Positions 9,618 through 18,397 of a DNA stretch of 64,000 nt are shown piece after piece. A model generated the notes under the pieces. The model was not told the DNA's origin. It did not search any database and saw nothing but the letters and a program-made list of their open reading frames with translations. The position numbers and the translations under genes were made by a program. Every line of letters starts with the position of its first letter. Positions within the stretch are counted from its first letter, which is position 1. The DNA comes from Neisseria sicca (lineage in GTDB: Bacteria > Pseudomonadota > Gammaproteobacteria > Burkholderiales > Neisseriaceae): the NCBI RefSeq assembly GCF_014054945.1, contig NZ_CP059566.1, positions 562,036 to 626,035 on the forward strand, written 5' to 3'.

Positions 9618-10517
9618 TCAGACGGCCTTCCCCCACGCTTCCCCCATCATATCCACCAACGCCCGCACTTTGGGCGAGAGCTGTTTGCGGCTGGGATACA
9701 CCGCCATCACGGGCACGGGTTTGGATTGGAAATCATTTAAAACGCTTTTCAGGCTGCCTGAATCGAGGGCGGTTTGCACCAGATAATGCGGCAGTTGCAC
9801 GATGCCGAATGCGGACAGCGCGAGTTCCAGCAGGGCTTCGCCGTTGTCGGCGCTGAAGCGTCCGCTGCCTTGGAAGGTGGTTTCTTTGCCTTTTTGCTGG
9901 AAACGCCAGCGGCTGACGCGGCCGCCGTGTAGGAAATGCAGGCATTGGTGGTGTGCCAAATCGTCGGGGCTTTGCGGCGTGCCGTGTTGAACGAGATAGC
10001 CTGGGGCGGCGCAGGTGAGCATTTGCTGGCTGCCGACGGTGCGGGCGATCAGGCTGTCGAATTGGGGCGGGTTGCCGTTGCGCAGAGCGAGATCGTAGCC
10101 GTCTGAAATCAGGTCGGCGTAGTCGTCGGTGAGTGAGAGTTCGACGCTGGTTTGCGGATAGCGGTGGAGAAAATCCGCCAACAGCGGCGGCAAGATGGTT
10201 TTGCCCAACACCAGCGGCGCGCTGATTTTCAGACGGCCTTGCGGCTCGATGCTGCGTTGGGCAAGGCATTGCTCGGCGTTTTCCAGCTCTTCCAACACGG
10301 CGGTGCAGCGTTCGTAAAACAGCCGCCCTTCATCGGTGGGCGCAAGGTTGCGCGTATTGCGCTGCAAAAGGCGCACGTTCAACCGCGCTTCAAGGCGGGC
10401 GATGCGTTTGCCGATGGTGGAGCGGGTCAACCCGAGTTGTTTGGCGGCGGCGGTAAACGAGCCGCTTTTTACGCTGGCGACAAAGGCGGTCATATCGTTG
10501 AGATTGTTGAGTTCCAT
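9618..10517 (-). CDS. LysR-family transcriptional regulator
   Basis: Start MELNNLNDMTAFVASVKSGSFTAAAKQLGLTRSTIGKRIARLE (HTH) followed by a LysR substrate-binding domain. Divergent from the monooxygenase gene. Confidence 0.85.
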   Translation of the reverse strand: MELNNLNDMTAFVASVKSGSFTAAAKQLGLTRSTIGKRIARLEARLNVRLLQRNTRNLAPTDEGRLFYERCTAVLEELENAEQCLAQRSIEPQGRLKISAPLVLGKTILPPLLADFLHRYPQTSVELSLTDDYADLISDGYDLALRNGNPPQFDSLIARTVGSQQMLTCAAPGYLVQHGTPQSPDDLAHHQCLHFLHGGRVSRWRFQQKGKETTFQGSGRFSADNGEALLELALSAFGIVQLPHYLVQTALDSGSLKSVLNDFQSKPVPVMAVYPSRKQLSPKVRALVDMMGEAWGKAV

Positions 10518-10696
10518 AAATTTTTCTTGCGCAGATCGGGCATTTATGCCCGACAAATACAGGTAAATTTAAAAACGTCGGGCATCAATGCCCGACCTAC
10601 ATTTGGTATTTTCTTGCCCGAGATTAGGGAAGCACATTCCCGAATAAAACAAATATACTTCATCCCGTGCAAAAACACATCACAAGGAGCAAAAAA
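10518..10696. promoter_or_regulatory. divergent LysR / monooxygenase promoter region with paired palindromes
   Basis: Contains two copies of the palindrome gggcat(n)atgcccgac (10530-10548 and 10578-10600) and AGGAG 8 nt before the ATG at 10697. Typical arrangement for LysR autoregulated divergent pairs. Confidence 0.4.
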
Positions 10697-11662
10697 ATGA
10701 CTGCGCTGAAATTACCCGAACGCCTGCAAAACCATCGCGGTTTCGCCCGCACTTTCCAACCGGGCAAACTCACATTGGGCCTGATTGCGCCCTTCAAAGG
10801 CTATCCCGACAGCCCCGTGCCCGAAATGGACGACTTCGCCACCGTGATAAAAGCCGCCGACCAAAGCGGCATTGCCACGCTGTGGGTGCGCGATGTGCCG
10901 TTTTACGACCCGAGTTTTGGCGATGTCGCGCAGATTTACGACCCGTCGGTAACGCTGGGTTATCTCGCCGCGCTCACCCAAAACGTTGCGCTCGGCTCGG
11001 CGGGCTATGTGTCGCCGCTGCGCGAACCGGTGCTCACCGCCAAAGAAGCCGCGTCGGTGGAACAAATCAGCGGCGGCCGCTTCCTGCTCGGCTTGGCCAG
11101 CGGCGACCGTCCCACCGAATACCCCGCCTTTGCCTCCGATTTCAACAACCGCGCCGAACGCTACCGCGAAGCGTGGCAAATCATCCGCCGCCTGACGCAG
11201 GAAAAATTCCCCGCATTCAATAGCGAACACTACGGCAGATTCAGCGGCAATTTGGACTTGGTGCCCAAACCCGCACACGGTTTGCCGATGCTCGCCATTG
11301 GCCGCGCCCGCCAAGAGCTGGAATGGATTGCCCGCGAAAGCGACGCATGGATTTGGTACGGCATCGCCCCCGAAAAACTGGGCGACATCGTCAACACGCT
11401 CAAAGAATTGGGCGACGGCGAAACCTGGAAACCCTTTGGCGTGGCGAATTTCGTCGAACTCTTGGAAGACCCGAACGCGCCCGCCGAGTTCTACAATAAC
11501 ATCTACCTGCGCGGCGGCGCCAAAGGCATCGTCGAGTTTTGGCAGAAACAGCAGGCCGACGGCGTGGCACACATTACCGTGAACTTAAAACCCACACGGC
11601 GCGGCGCGCTGGAAACCATTCAGGATTTCGCCGAAAACGTGATACCGCATTTTGCGGTGTGA
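10697..11662 (+). CDS. luciferase-like (LLM-class) flavin-dependent monooxygenase/oxidoreductase
   Basis: 321 aa from MTALKLPERL. TIM-barrel LLM signature regions (TLWVRD..., GRFLLGLASGD, FNSEHYG). RBS aaggag upstream. Confidence 0.75.
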   Translation: MTALKLPERLQNHRGFARTFQPGKLTLGLIAPFKGYPDSPVPEMDDFATVIKAADQSGIATLWVRDVPFYDPSFGDVAQIYDPSVTLGYLAALTQNVALGSAGYVSPLREPVLTAKEAASVEQISGGRFLLGLASGDRPTEYPAFASDFNNRAERYREAWQIIRRLTQEKFPAFNSEHYGRFSGNLDLVPKPAHGLPMLAIGRARQELEWIARESDAWIWYGIAPEKLGDIVNTLKELGDGETWKPFGVANFVELLEDPNAPAEFYNNIYLRGGAKGIVEFWQKQQADGVAHITVNLKPTRRGALETIQDFAENVIPHFAV

Positions 11663-11697
11663 GATTTGGGGGTTTCAGGCTGCCTGAAATGCTAAAC

Positions 11698-11731
11698 GCC
11701 GTCTGAATCCATTTTTCAGACGGCTTTTTTG
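11698..11731 (+). terminator. DUS inverted-pair terminator
   Basis: gccgtctgaatccatttttcagacggc followed by a T-tract. Immediately 3' of the LLM gene. Confidence 0.65.
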
Positions 11732-11792
11732 TGTTACGGCGATTTTTCTTTATAATACGAAAAATTTTTATGAATTAACAAAGGCTGGAATT

Positions 11793-13556
11793 ATGGCAGT
11801 AGAAGCAGCTAACGGCGATTTATTGCACGTGGTGGAGTTATTGGGGGCGGCGGTAGTTGCCGTGCCGTTATTTAAACGTTTAGGTCTAGGCTCAATTCTG
11901 GGTTATTTGGCTGCGGGGCTGGTTATCGGACCCTTCGGATTAAAGCTCGTTACCGATTCCCACGCTATTTTGCATATTGCGGAATTCGGCGTGGTGATGT
12001 TTCTGTTTTTGATCGGGCTGGAAATGAAGCCGTCGCATTTATGGAAATTGCGTAATCAGATTTTCGGCTTGGGTACCCTGCAGGTGACGTTTTCCAGTCT
12101 GTTCCTTACCCAAATCGGGCTGGCTTACGGTTTTCCTTTAGTGATGTCGTTTATTTCGGCGGTAGGTTTTACACTCACCTCCACCGCAATGGTCATGCAG
12201 ATTATGGACGAACGTCATGAAATCAGCACACCGCAAGGTCAGCGCATTGTCTCCATTTTGCTGTTTGAAGATTTGCTGATTGTGCCCATGCTGGCGATTG
12301 TAGCATTTCTAGCACCCGATAATCCCAATGCCGTTGCCGATGCCGTACCGCTATGGCAGAAAATCGGTGTTGCCGCGCTTTCTTTGGCAGCGTTGATTGC
12401 GACAGGTATTTGGCTGCTCAATCCGCTGTTTAAAATTCTGGCAAAATCCAAAGCACGCGAGGTGATGACTGCCGCCGCGCTGCTGGTGGTACTCGGTGCG
12501 GCTTATTTAATGGAGCTGGGCGGTCTGTCTATGGCGATGGGTGCGTTTCTGGCGGGAGTGCTGCTGTCGGAATCCGACTTCCGTCATCAGCTTGAAGCGG
12601 ATATCGAACCGTTCCGAGGCCTTTTGCTCGGGCTGTTTTTCTTAGCTGTCGGGATGTCGCTGGATGTGGCAACGGTGCTCAATAACTGGAAGGTAATTCT
12701 TTCCGCCACTGTACTGATGATTATCTTGAAATGCCTTGCCATTTATGGAGTGGCGCGTTTTGCCAAAGCAAGCCATCGCACCGCGATACACCGCGCCGTA
12801 CTGATGTCGCAGGGCGGTGAATTCGCCTTCGTATTACTCGCCTCCGCTGCCGTACAACGGGCGATTAATGCGGAAGTGCTAGCGAATATGACGGCAATCG
12901 TGGTGCTCTCCATGATTATGACACCCTTCAGCGTTATGCTGTTCGACCGCTATTTCAAAGAACCCCGCGCAGCTGTGGCAGTGGATGATGTGGAAGAACA
13001 TGCGGGCGAACTCAACGGCAACGTGCTGATTATCGGATTCGGGCGCATGGGGCAGGTGGTCAGCCAAATGCCGCTAGCCTACGGTGCCACCATTTCCATT
13101 CTGGACAACGATCCCGACACCATCAACGTCGCACGCGAATACGGTTTCAAAGTCTATTACGGCGAAGCCACCCGCGCCGACGTGCTGCATGCCTGCGGCG
13201 TAGAACACACCGACATCGTAGCGGTATGCGTGGACGACGGAGAAAGTGCGGTCAGAATTGTGGAAAATATTCATCATATCAACCCGAACGCCAAGGTGTT
13301 CGTGCGCGCCTGGGACAGACGCAATGCGCTGGCCCTAGTGAAAGCGGAAGCGGATTTCGTAGTGCGCGAAACCTTCTATTCTTCCATGAAAATGGGCGAT
13401 GAAATCGTCAAGGCATTGGGTGCTAGCGTGCAGGAATTACGTGCCATACACGACAAAGTACGCGACGCCGACAAAGAACGCTTCGCTTTGGAAATTGCCG
13501 GCAAGGAATTTGAAGGGCGCAGATTACTATTGGGGAATATAAAGAAAAATTCGTAA
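11793..13556 (+). CDS. kefC: glutathione-regulated K+ efflux / CPA2 cation:proton antiporter with C-terminal TrkA-N (KTN) domain, KefB/KefC-like
   Basis: 587 aa. N-terminal 12-13 TM Na+/H+ exchanger domain. C-terminal Rossmann GxGxxG (LIIGFGRMGQVV) KTN NAD-binding domain. Confidence 0.8.
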   Translation: MAVEAANGDLLHVVELLGAAVVAVPLFKRLGLGSILGYLAAGLVIGPFGLKLVTDSHAILHIAEFGVVMFLFLIGLEMKPSHLWKLRNQIFGLGTLQVTFSSLFLTQIGLAYGFPLVMSFISAVGFTLTSTAMVMQIMDERHEISTPQGQRIVSILLFEDLLIVPMLAIVAFLAPDNPNAVADAVPLWQKIGVAALSLAALIATGIWLLNPLFKILAKSKAREVMTAAALLVVLGAAYLMELGGLSMAMGAFLAGVLLSESDFRHQLEADIEPFRGLLLGLFFLAVGMSLDVATVLNNWKVILSATVLMIILKCLAIYGVARFAKASHRTAIHRAVLMSQGGEFAFVLLASAAVQRAINAEVLANMTAIVVLSMIMTPFSVMLFDRYFKEPRAAVAVDDVEEHAGELNGNVLIIGFGRMGQVVSQMPLAYGATISILDNDPDTINVAREYGFKVYYGEATRADVLHACGVEHTDIVAVCVDDGESAVRIVENIHHINPNAKVFVRAWDRRNALALVKAEADFVVRETFYSSMKMGDEIVKALGASVQELRAIHDKVRDADKERFALEIAGKEFEGRRLLLGNIKKNS

Positions 13557-13962
13557 AATAGACCGCACTTTTGTAGCTGCAAGCGATGGAATTTAAGCGA
13601 AAAATTGCAAAAATTCCACCGCACTTTTTACGCCCGTTCGGAACGCAGGCGGTGTTGGCGGATGTTTTTCAGCAGGCGGAACAGTTCCGCCCACGCGGAG
13701 CGTTTCGGCTGCGGGGTGTTGCCTGTGCCGATGAGCTTCATTTGATAAGCATACCAGCCCAGTTCGAGAAAGCCGCCGAGCTTGCGATCGATGAATCCCA
13801 AGCCTGTGCGGACGGCGGGCAATTCCGCTTTTGCCAATCCGCCCGATAACATCCGTTGCGGCAAATCGGGAATGAGTGCAAATAGTATTTCAGACGGCCT
13901 TTTAAGGTTTCTACATCTATATTTTAGTCGGCGAACTGTTTTTTCATTCGTTCGCGTCGCTC

Positions 13963-14795
13963 TTGCGCTTCTACGGACAATGGCACAGCCTCTCCGATCC
14001 CGAACTCGAACACAGCCTCATCACCCGCATCGATTTCAACCTGTTTTGCCGTTTTGACGAGTTGAGCATCCCCGATTACAGCACCTTATGCCGCTACCGC
14101 AACTGGCTGGCGCAAGACGACACCCTGTCCGAATTGCTGGAACTGATTAACCGCCAACTGACCGAAAAAGGCCTAAAAATAGAGAAAGCATCCGCCGCCG
14201 TCATTGACGCCACCATTATTCAAACTGCCGGCAGCAAACAGCGTCAGGCTATAGAAGTCGATGAAGAAGGACAAGTCAGCGGCCAAACCACACCGAGTAA
14301 GGACAAAGATGCCCGTTGGACAAAGAAAAACGGCCTCTACAGACTCGGTTACAAACAACATACCCGTACCGATGAGGAAGGCTATATCGAGAAACTGCAC
14401 ATTACCCCCGCCAATACCCATGAGTGCAACCACCTGTTGCCTTTGCTGGAAGGTATAGCCAAAGATACGACCGTCTATGCCGACAAAGGCTACGACAGTG
14501 CGGAAAACCGGCAACATCTGAAAGAACATCAGTTGCTGGACGGCATTATGCGCAAAGCCCACCGCAACCGTCCGCTGACGGAAGCGCAAACCAAACGCAA
14601 CCGATATTTGTCGAAAACCCGTTATGTGGTGGAACAAAGCTTCGGTACGCTGCACCGTAAATTCCGCTATGCCCGGGCAGCCTATTTTGGTCTGGTTAAA
14701 GTGAGTGCACAAAGCCATCTAAAGGCGATGTGTTTAAACCTGTTGAAAGCGGCTAACAGGCTAAGTGTGCCTGTTGCCGCCTAAAAGGCGGCCCG
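13963..14795 (+). mobile_element. IS1106-like element copy B, 5'-truncated
   Basis: ORF begins inside the transposase (…QWHSLSDPELEHS) and runs to the native C-terminus ...LKAANRLSVPVAA. Right end gccgcctaaaaggcggcccggat. Confidence 0.75.
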
Positions 14796-14806
14796 GATCC
14801 CTTATT

Positions 14807-15700
14807 TGTAGAAACTAGTAGCGTTGTTTACAGTATTTCCAGGAGAATACTGAAACATGAACATGCACAAAAACACCCGTCTCACCCCGCACCACCGCCA
14901 AGCCATTTGGCTGGCCTACACGCAGGGGAAGGAAAGCGTCACCTCCCCGGCACGCCACTACCAAGTCAGCCGCATCACTATTTACCGCGCACTTAAAGCC
15001 GCAAGAGGCAGACTGCTCAAACCCCAAACCAGTACCAACAACCGTTTCAAACAGGCAAAGTACGGAATGAAACGCCTGGCCAAGGTAGAACGCGGCATTC
15101 AGGAAAAACTCAAAAGGCAGGCCAAACGCTACAATAAATCCTACCCCGGAGAGCTGGTACATCTCGATACCAAACGGCTGCCGCTGCTCAAAGGGCAGAA
15201 AGCCACCGATAAGCGGGATTACCTGTTTGTTGCCATCAACGATTTCTCAAGGGAGCTATACGCCGCCATTTTGCCGGACAAAACTGCAGACAGTGCCGCC
15301 AAATTTCTGACTGAACACCTGATTGATCCCTGCCCATACCTGATTGAGTGCGTTTACTCCGACAACGGTACGGAATATAAAGGCTCGGCCAACCATGCTT
15401 TCGGTGTAGCTTGTTATGAGAACGGGATTGGTCAAAAGTTTACCCGGGTTGCCCGTCCGCAGACCAACGGTAAGGCGGAACGGGTTATCCGCACCCTGAT
15501 GGAGATGTGGCATGAGAAACAGTTGTTTGACAGTCCGGAACACCGGCGAAAGGAGTTGTGCCGCTTTGTTAATTTCTATAACACTGTGAAGCCGCACCGC
15601 AGTTTGAACGGCGATACGCCGTTTGAGGTCTTGCAGGCTTATTTTTCTCAACCTGTGGTGTAAACAACGCAACGTTTTCCTACACAACAGGAGGGACAAG
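14807..15700 (+). mobile_element. IS1655-like insertion sequence (IS30 family), copy 2, inverted relative to copy 1
   Basis: Ends tgtagaaactagtagcgttgtttacagtatttcc... and ...tgtaaacaacgcaacgttttcctaca. Transposase 14857-15663. Confidence 0.75.
14857..15663 (+). CDS. IS30-family transposase (IS1655-like)
   Basis: 268 aa, about 90% identical to the 3373-4179 protein. DDE motif intact. Confidence 0.85.
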   Translation: MNMHKNTRLTPHHRQAIWLAYTQGKESVTSPARHYQVSRITIYRALKAARGRLLKPQTSTNNRFKQAKYGMKRLAKVERGIQEKLKRQAKRYNKSYPGELVHLDTKRLPLLKGQKATDKRDYLFVAINDFSRELYAAILPDKTADSAAKFLTEHLIDPCPYLIECVYSDNGTEYKGSANHAFGVACYENGIGQKFTRVARPQTNGKAERVIRTLMEMWHEKQLFDSPEHRRKELCRFVNFYNTVKPHRSLNGDTPFEVLQAYFSQPVV

Positions 15701-15775
15701 CAGTTTACGCTTACGCCTGTGCCGTTAAACGAGATCATTCATTTCATGCGGGACACTTGGCGGTATTGCTGATGC
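15701..15775 (+). pseudogene. 3' remnant of a metallophosphoesterase gene (paralogue of 29085-29957) truncated by IS1655 copy 2
   Basis: gacaagcagtttacgcttacgcctgtgccgttaaacgagatcattcatttcatgcgggacacttggcggtattgctgatg is about 85% identical to 29886-29965 (the end of the 29085-29957 CDS). The downstream hairpin ggacggattgaaaacccgtcc matches ggcggataaggaaatccgtcc. Confidence 0.6.
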
Positions 15776-15877
15776 AAAAAGGACGGATTGAAAACCCGTC
15801 CTTTTGTTTTGCCGACTGTTTTTCAGGCAGCCTGCACTATTCAAGGCTACCTGAAAATTCATCTCTAAAATAAAAGC

Positions 15878-16537
15878 TCATTCATTCAATGCTGTCAATC
15901 TCGCCCGAACTTTTGCAGCCGCATCTTCCGTGCTGTTGCCGACAATAACGTTTTGCTTGTCGTCGAAATACTGAACGGCAGGGAGGTCGCGCAGGAAGCT
16001 GTCAATATCCTGTGCGGTCAGGAAACGGCCGTGCATATCCCAGCCGACATTGAGGGCACGCCCTTTGACGGCGGCCATGCGGTCGTGCAGATGGCCGTAG
16101 AGGTGGTATAGGCCGTGGTGGATGCCGTCCCATTCGTATAAGGGATAGTGGCACAAAATCGCGGTATTGCCGATTTCGGGCAGTTTGAGCCGCAGGTAAT
16201 GGCTGGCGGACGAGAGCAACGGATGGCCGTCGGCTTTGCGCGTGTTGAGGAAATGTGCTTCGTTTTGCCGAATCAGGTAGTCGTGGTTGCCGTAAATCAA
16301 ATGGTGTTGCCCGTTAAGCCGTTGCAGCACGGCTTCGATGTGTGCGGGCTTTTTGGCAAAGCAGACATCGCCGAGGTTGTACACAGTGTCTTGCGGGGTA
16401 ACGACGCGGTTCCAGCAGTCGATCAGGTATTCGTTCAACTCGTCGGCGTTATCGCTTTGCAGGCGAAATTGCGGGCAGTATCGGGCGATGTTGGGATGGG
16501 AGAAGTGCCAGTCGGCTGTGAAATAGGTTTGAGGCAT
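15878..16537 (-). CDS. calcineurin-like metallophosphoesterase
   Basis: 219 aa. DWHFSH, GDVCF, GNHD, and GHLH motifs in canonical order. Confidence 0.75.
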   Translation of the reverse strand: MPQTYFTADWHFSHPNIARYCPQFRLQSDNADELNEYLIDCWNRVVTPQDTVYNLGDVCFAKKPAHIEAVLQRLNGQHHLIYGNHDYLIRQNEAHFLNTRKADGHPLLSSASHYLRLKLPEIGNTAILCHYPLYEWDGIHHGLYHLYGHLHDRMAAVKGRALNVGWDMHGRFLTAQDIDSFLRDLPAVQYFDDKQNVIVGNSTEDAAAKVRARLTALNE

Positions 16538-16650
16538 GGGATACTCGGTTTCTGGTCATCTGACAATGAAAAATAAGGTGCAGGCTGCTTTAGAGGTCGT
16601 CTGAAACGGAGTTGGGGCGATAAAAAGCAGCCTGCACTTTTTTTGCCCGC

Positions 16651-17490
16651 CTATCTGCCGGTCAATACCAACCGTTGGCAGAAGGCTTCCCAATCGGCAA
16701 GGGGCACAACGCGTTTGCCGTCTGCTAACCGGTGCACATCGGAAGCGCAGGCGGTGTGCCAATAGGTGTAAAACGGTAGTTTGGCGATGTCGGCTTCCGG
16801 TACGGCAGGGGCATTGTCTTGTCCTGGCGTATGCACAATCGGCAGGCCGAAATAGCTGTATTGGCCATCTGCGGCTTTGTCGCCTGTGTGGCCGGTTTGG
16901 CCGCGGTGTCTGCCGGTACGAACAAACCGTCGGCAGAATGCGTTCCAATCGTGCAGAAACACGGCGGCTTGTCCGTCTATCAGGCTTTGGGCCGAACCGA
17001 TGCTGCTGTCCCGCCAAAACAGGTAGAACGGCAATTCGGCGATGTGGCGTTCCATGACGACCGGACAATCGCCCTGTCCTGCCGGCTGCATCACCGGAAC
17101 GCCGAAACAGGCGGTTTCAGGCAAGGTATGTGCAGGCTGCATGAAGGCGTTTTGCAGGATAACGGCCGCTTCGGCAGGGTCGATACCCAAACTGTCTATG
17201 GCAGGCTGCAAGGTTGCAGGCAGGTCGCAAAAGCAACCTGCACCTTCCGGCAGGCAATATACCGAGTTGTGCGTATGAGCCAGCGGTGCCGCCCATAGGG
17301 TAACGGGCGAGGTGCGGATTCGGCTGCCTGCGGTAAAACGTCCCGAACCATCTTGGACGACTGTGCCGTACACCACGGCATACTCGGATTTACCGGGCGT
17401 GTGGTAGCACGTGAATGTCCAGTCGGTGAGCATGCAGGGGGATAGGGTGCTGTCGTGGGGATGTTCGGATGAGATGGGGGTGTTGGGCAT
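16651..17490 (-). CDS. hypothetical protein with two tandem ~45-aa repeats
   Basis: Repeats ELPFYLFWRDSSIGSAQSLIDGQAAVFLHDWNAFCRRFVRTGR and KLPFYTYWHTACASDVHRLADGKRVVPLADWEAFCQRLVLTGR. No recognisable family. Confidence 0.5.
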   Translation of the reverse strand: MPNTPISSEHPHDSTLSPCMLTDWTFTCYHTPGKSEYAVVYGTVVQDGSGRFTAGSRIRTSPVTLWAAPLAHTHNSVYCLPEGAGCFCDLPATLQPAIDSLGIDPAEAAVILQNAFMQPAHTLPETACFGVPVMQPAGQGDCPVVMERHIAELPFYLFWRDSSIGSAQSLIDGQAAVFLHDWNAFCRRFVRTGRHRGQTGHTGDKAADGQYSYFGLPIVHTPGQDNAPAVPEADIAKLPFYTYWHTACASDVHRLADGKRVVPLADWEAFCQRLVLTGR

Positions 17491-17985
17491 GGTTCATTCC
17501 TGAAATGGCGGGGTTTAGACAGCCACAGTCATTGCGAGGTATGCAGATTGCCTGAAATTTCGCGTTACACTTCAATCGCGCTCCTGTTCCGATAACCAGT
17601 TTGGACAATTATTTTTGGAATACCTTTGGGATTAATGATCATGCAGCAGTCTTAAATTTTTGCATACATGGCCGCGTGCTTGTCTCCGGCAAGACGTGAG
17701 CGAAGCTGAGCGAATCCATATTGTTAACAAAATTAAGATTTAGTGGAGGCTGCTGCAAGCTGCGGTGCGGGCTTGAGCGGAAAGTAGTTCAGTATAATAG
17801 TGTTTGACGCGCCATTAAACTGCTGTATCTCTCTGCCCGGAAGAAGTAGATGTTGACGAAAATTGTCTTCTACTCTACCCATCAAGAAGTTTAATAGGTG
17901 TGAAGAGATTGTCTGAAAATTGATTTTCAGACGATCTTTTGTAGAGACTACTATAGTAAAAATAATTTACCTTACATCCTATAAA

Positions 17986-18396
17986 TTACCTACGTTGACG
18001 GTTAACAGCAATAAGAGGCTTATTTAAAGTAACTTGGGTCATACCATGCATATATGCATTATATTGCCATACAATAAATTGCTGTTTATATCGCTCATTA
18101 ATTTCTTCCAAACGTTGTACCTGAGCTTTTAAATTCTTAACTTGCTTTTGCAGATAATCCATTGTTACATTCGGTTCTGGGTTAGCTTTTGCTTTTTCTT
18201 TAAGTATATGTTTTTGTTTGCTAAATGCCCCTTGTATATCTGAATAATTAGCTAGGGATTGTCTTTCAATACTTTTAACATTTAATAATTCTGAAACTTT
18301 GTGGCAAAGTAATTCCCAAGTTAATTTACCTTCCCAGGTCTTAATTAACATGATAATGTCTTCTAAACGTTCTTCTGTAACAAGAATTTTGGGCAT
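17986..18396 (-). CDS. small coiled-coil accessory protein (TnpC-like position)
   Basis: 136 aa. Start overlaps the recombinase-3 stop (18396/18398). C-terminal coiled-coil (KNLKAQVQRLEEINERYKQQ). Confidence 0.55.
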   Translation of the reverse strand: MPKILVTEERLEDIIMLIKTWEGKLTWELLCHKVSELLNVKSIERQSLANYSDIQGAFSKQKHILKEKAKANPEPNVTMDYLQKQVKNLKAQVQRLEEINERYKQQFIVWQYNAYMHGMTQVTLNKPLIAVNRQRR

Positions 18397-18397
18397 A

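Noticed and set aside
13586-13864. Overlapping 87-aa (+) and 78-aa (-) ORFs between kefC and the truncated IS1106
   Set aside because: There are no motifs or RBS, and the two ORFs overlap each other. The region is more likely a remnant disrupted by the IS1106 insertion.
17500-17985. Possible structured ncRNA or att site left of the recombinase island (ggccgcgtgcttgtctccggcaagacgtgagc..., tgtctgaaaattgattttcagacgatc)
   Set aside because: Only short imperfect palindromes and a degenerate DUS-like hairpin are visible. That is not enough to call an RNA gene or attachment site without comparison to an empty site.
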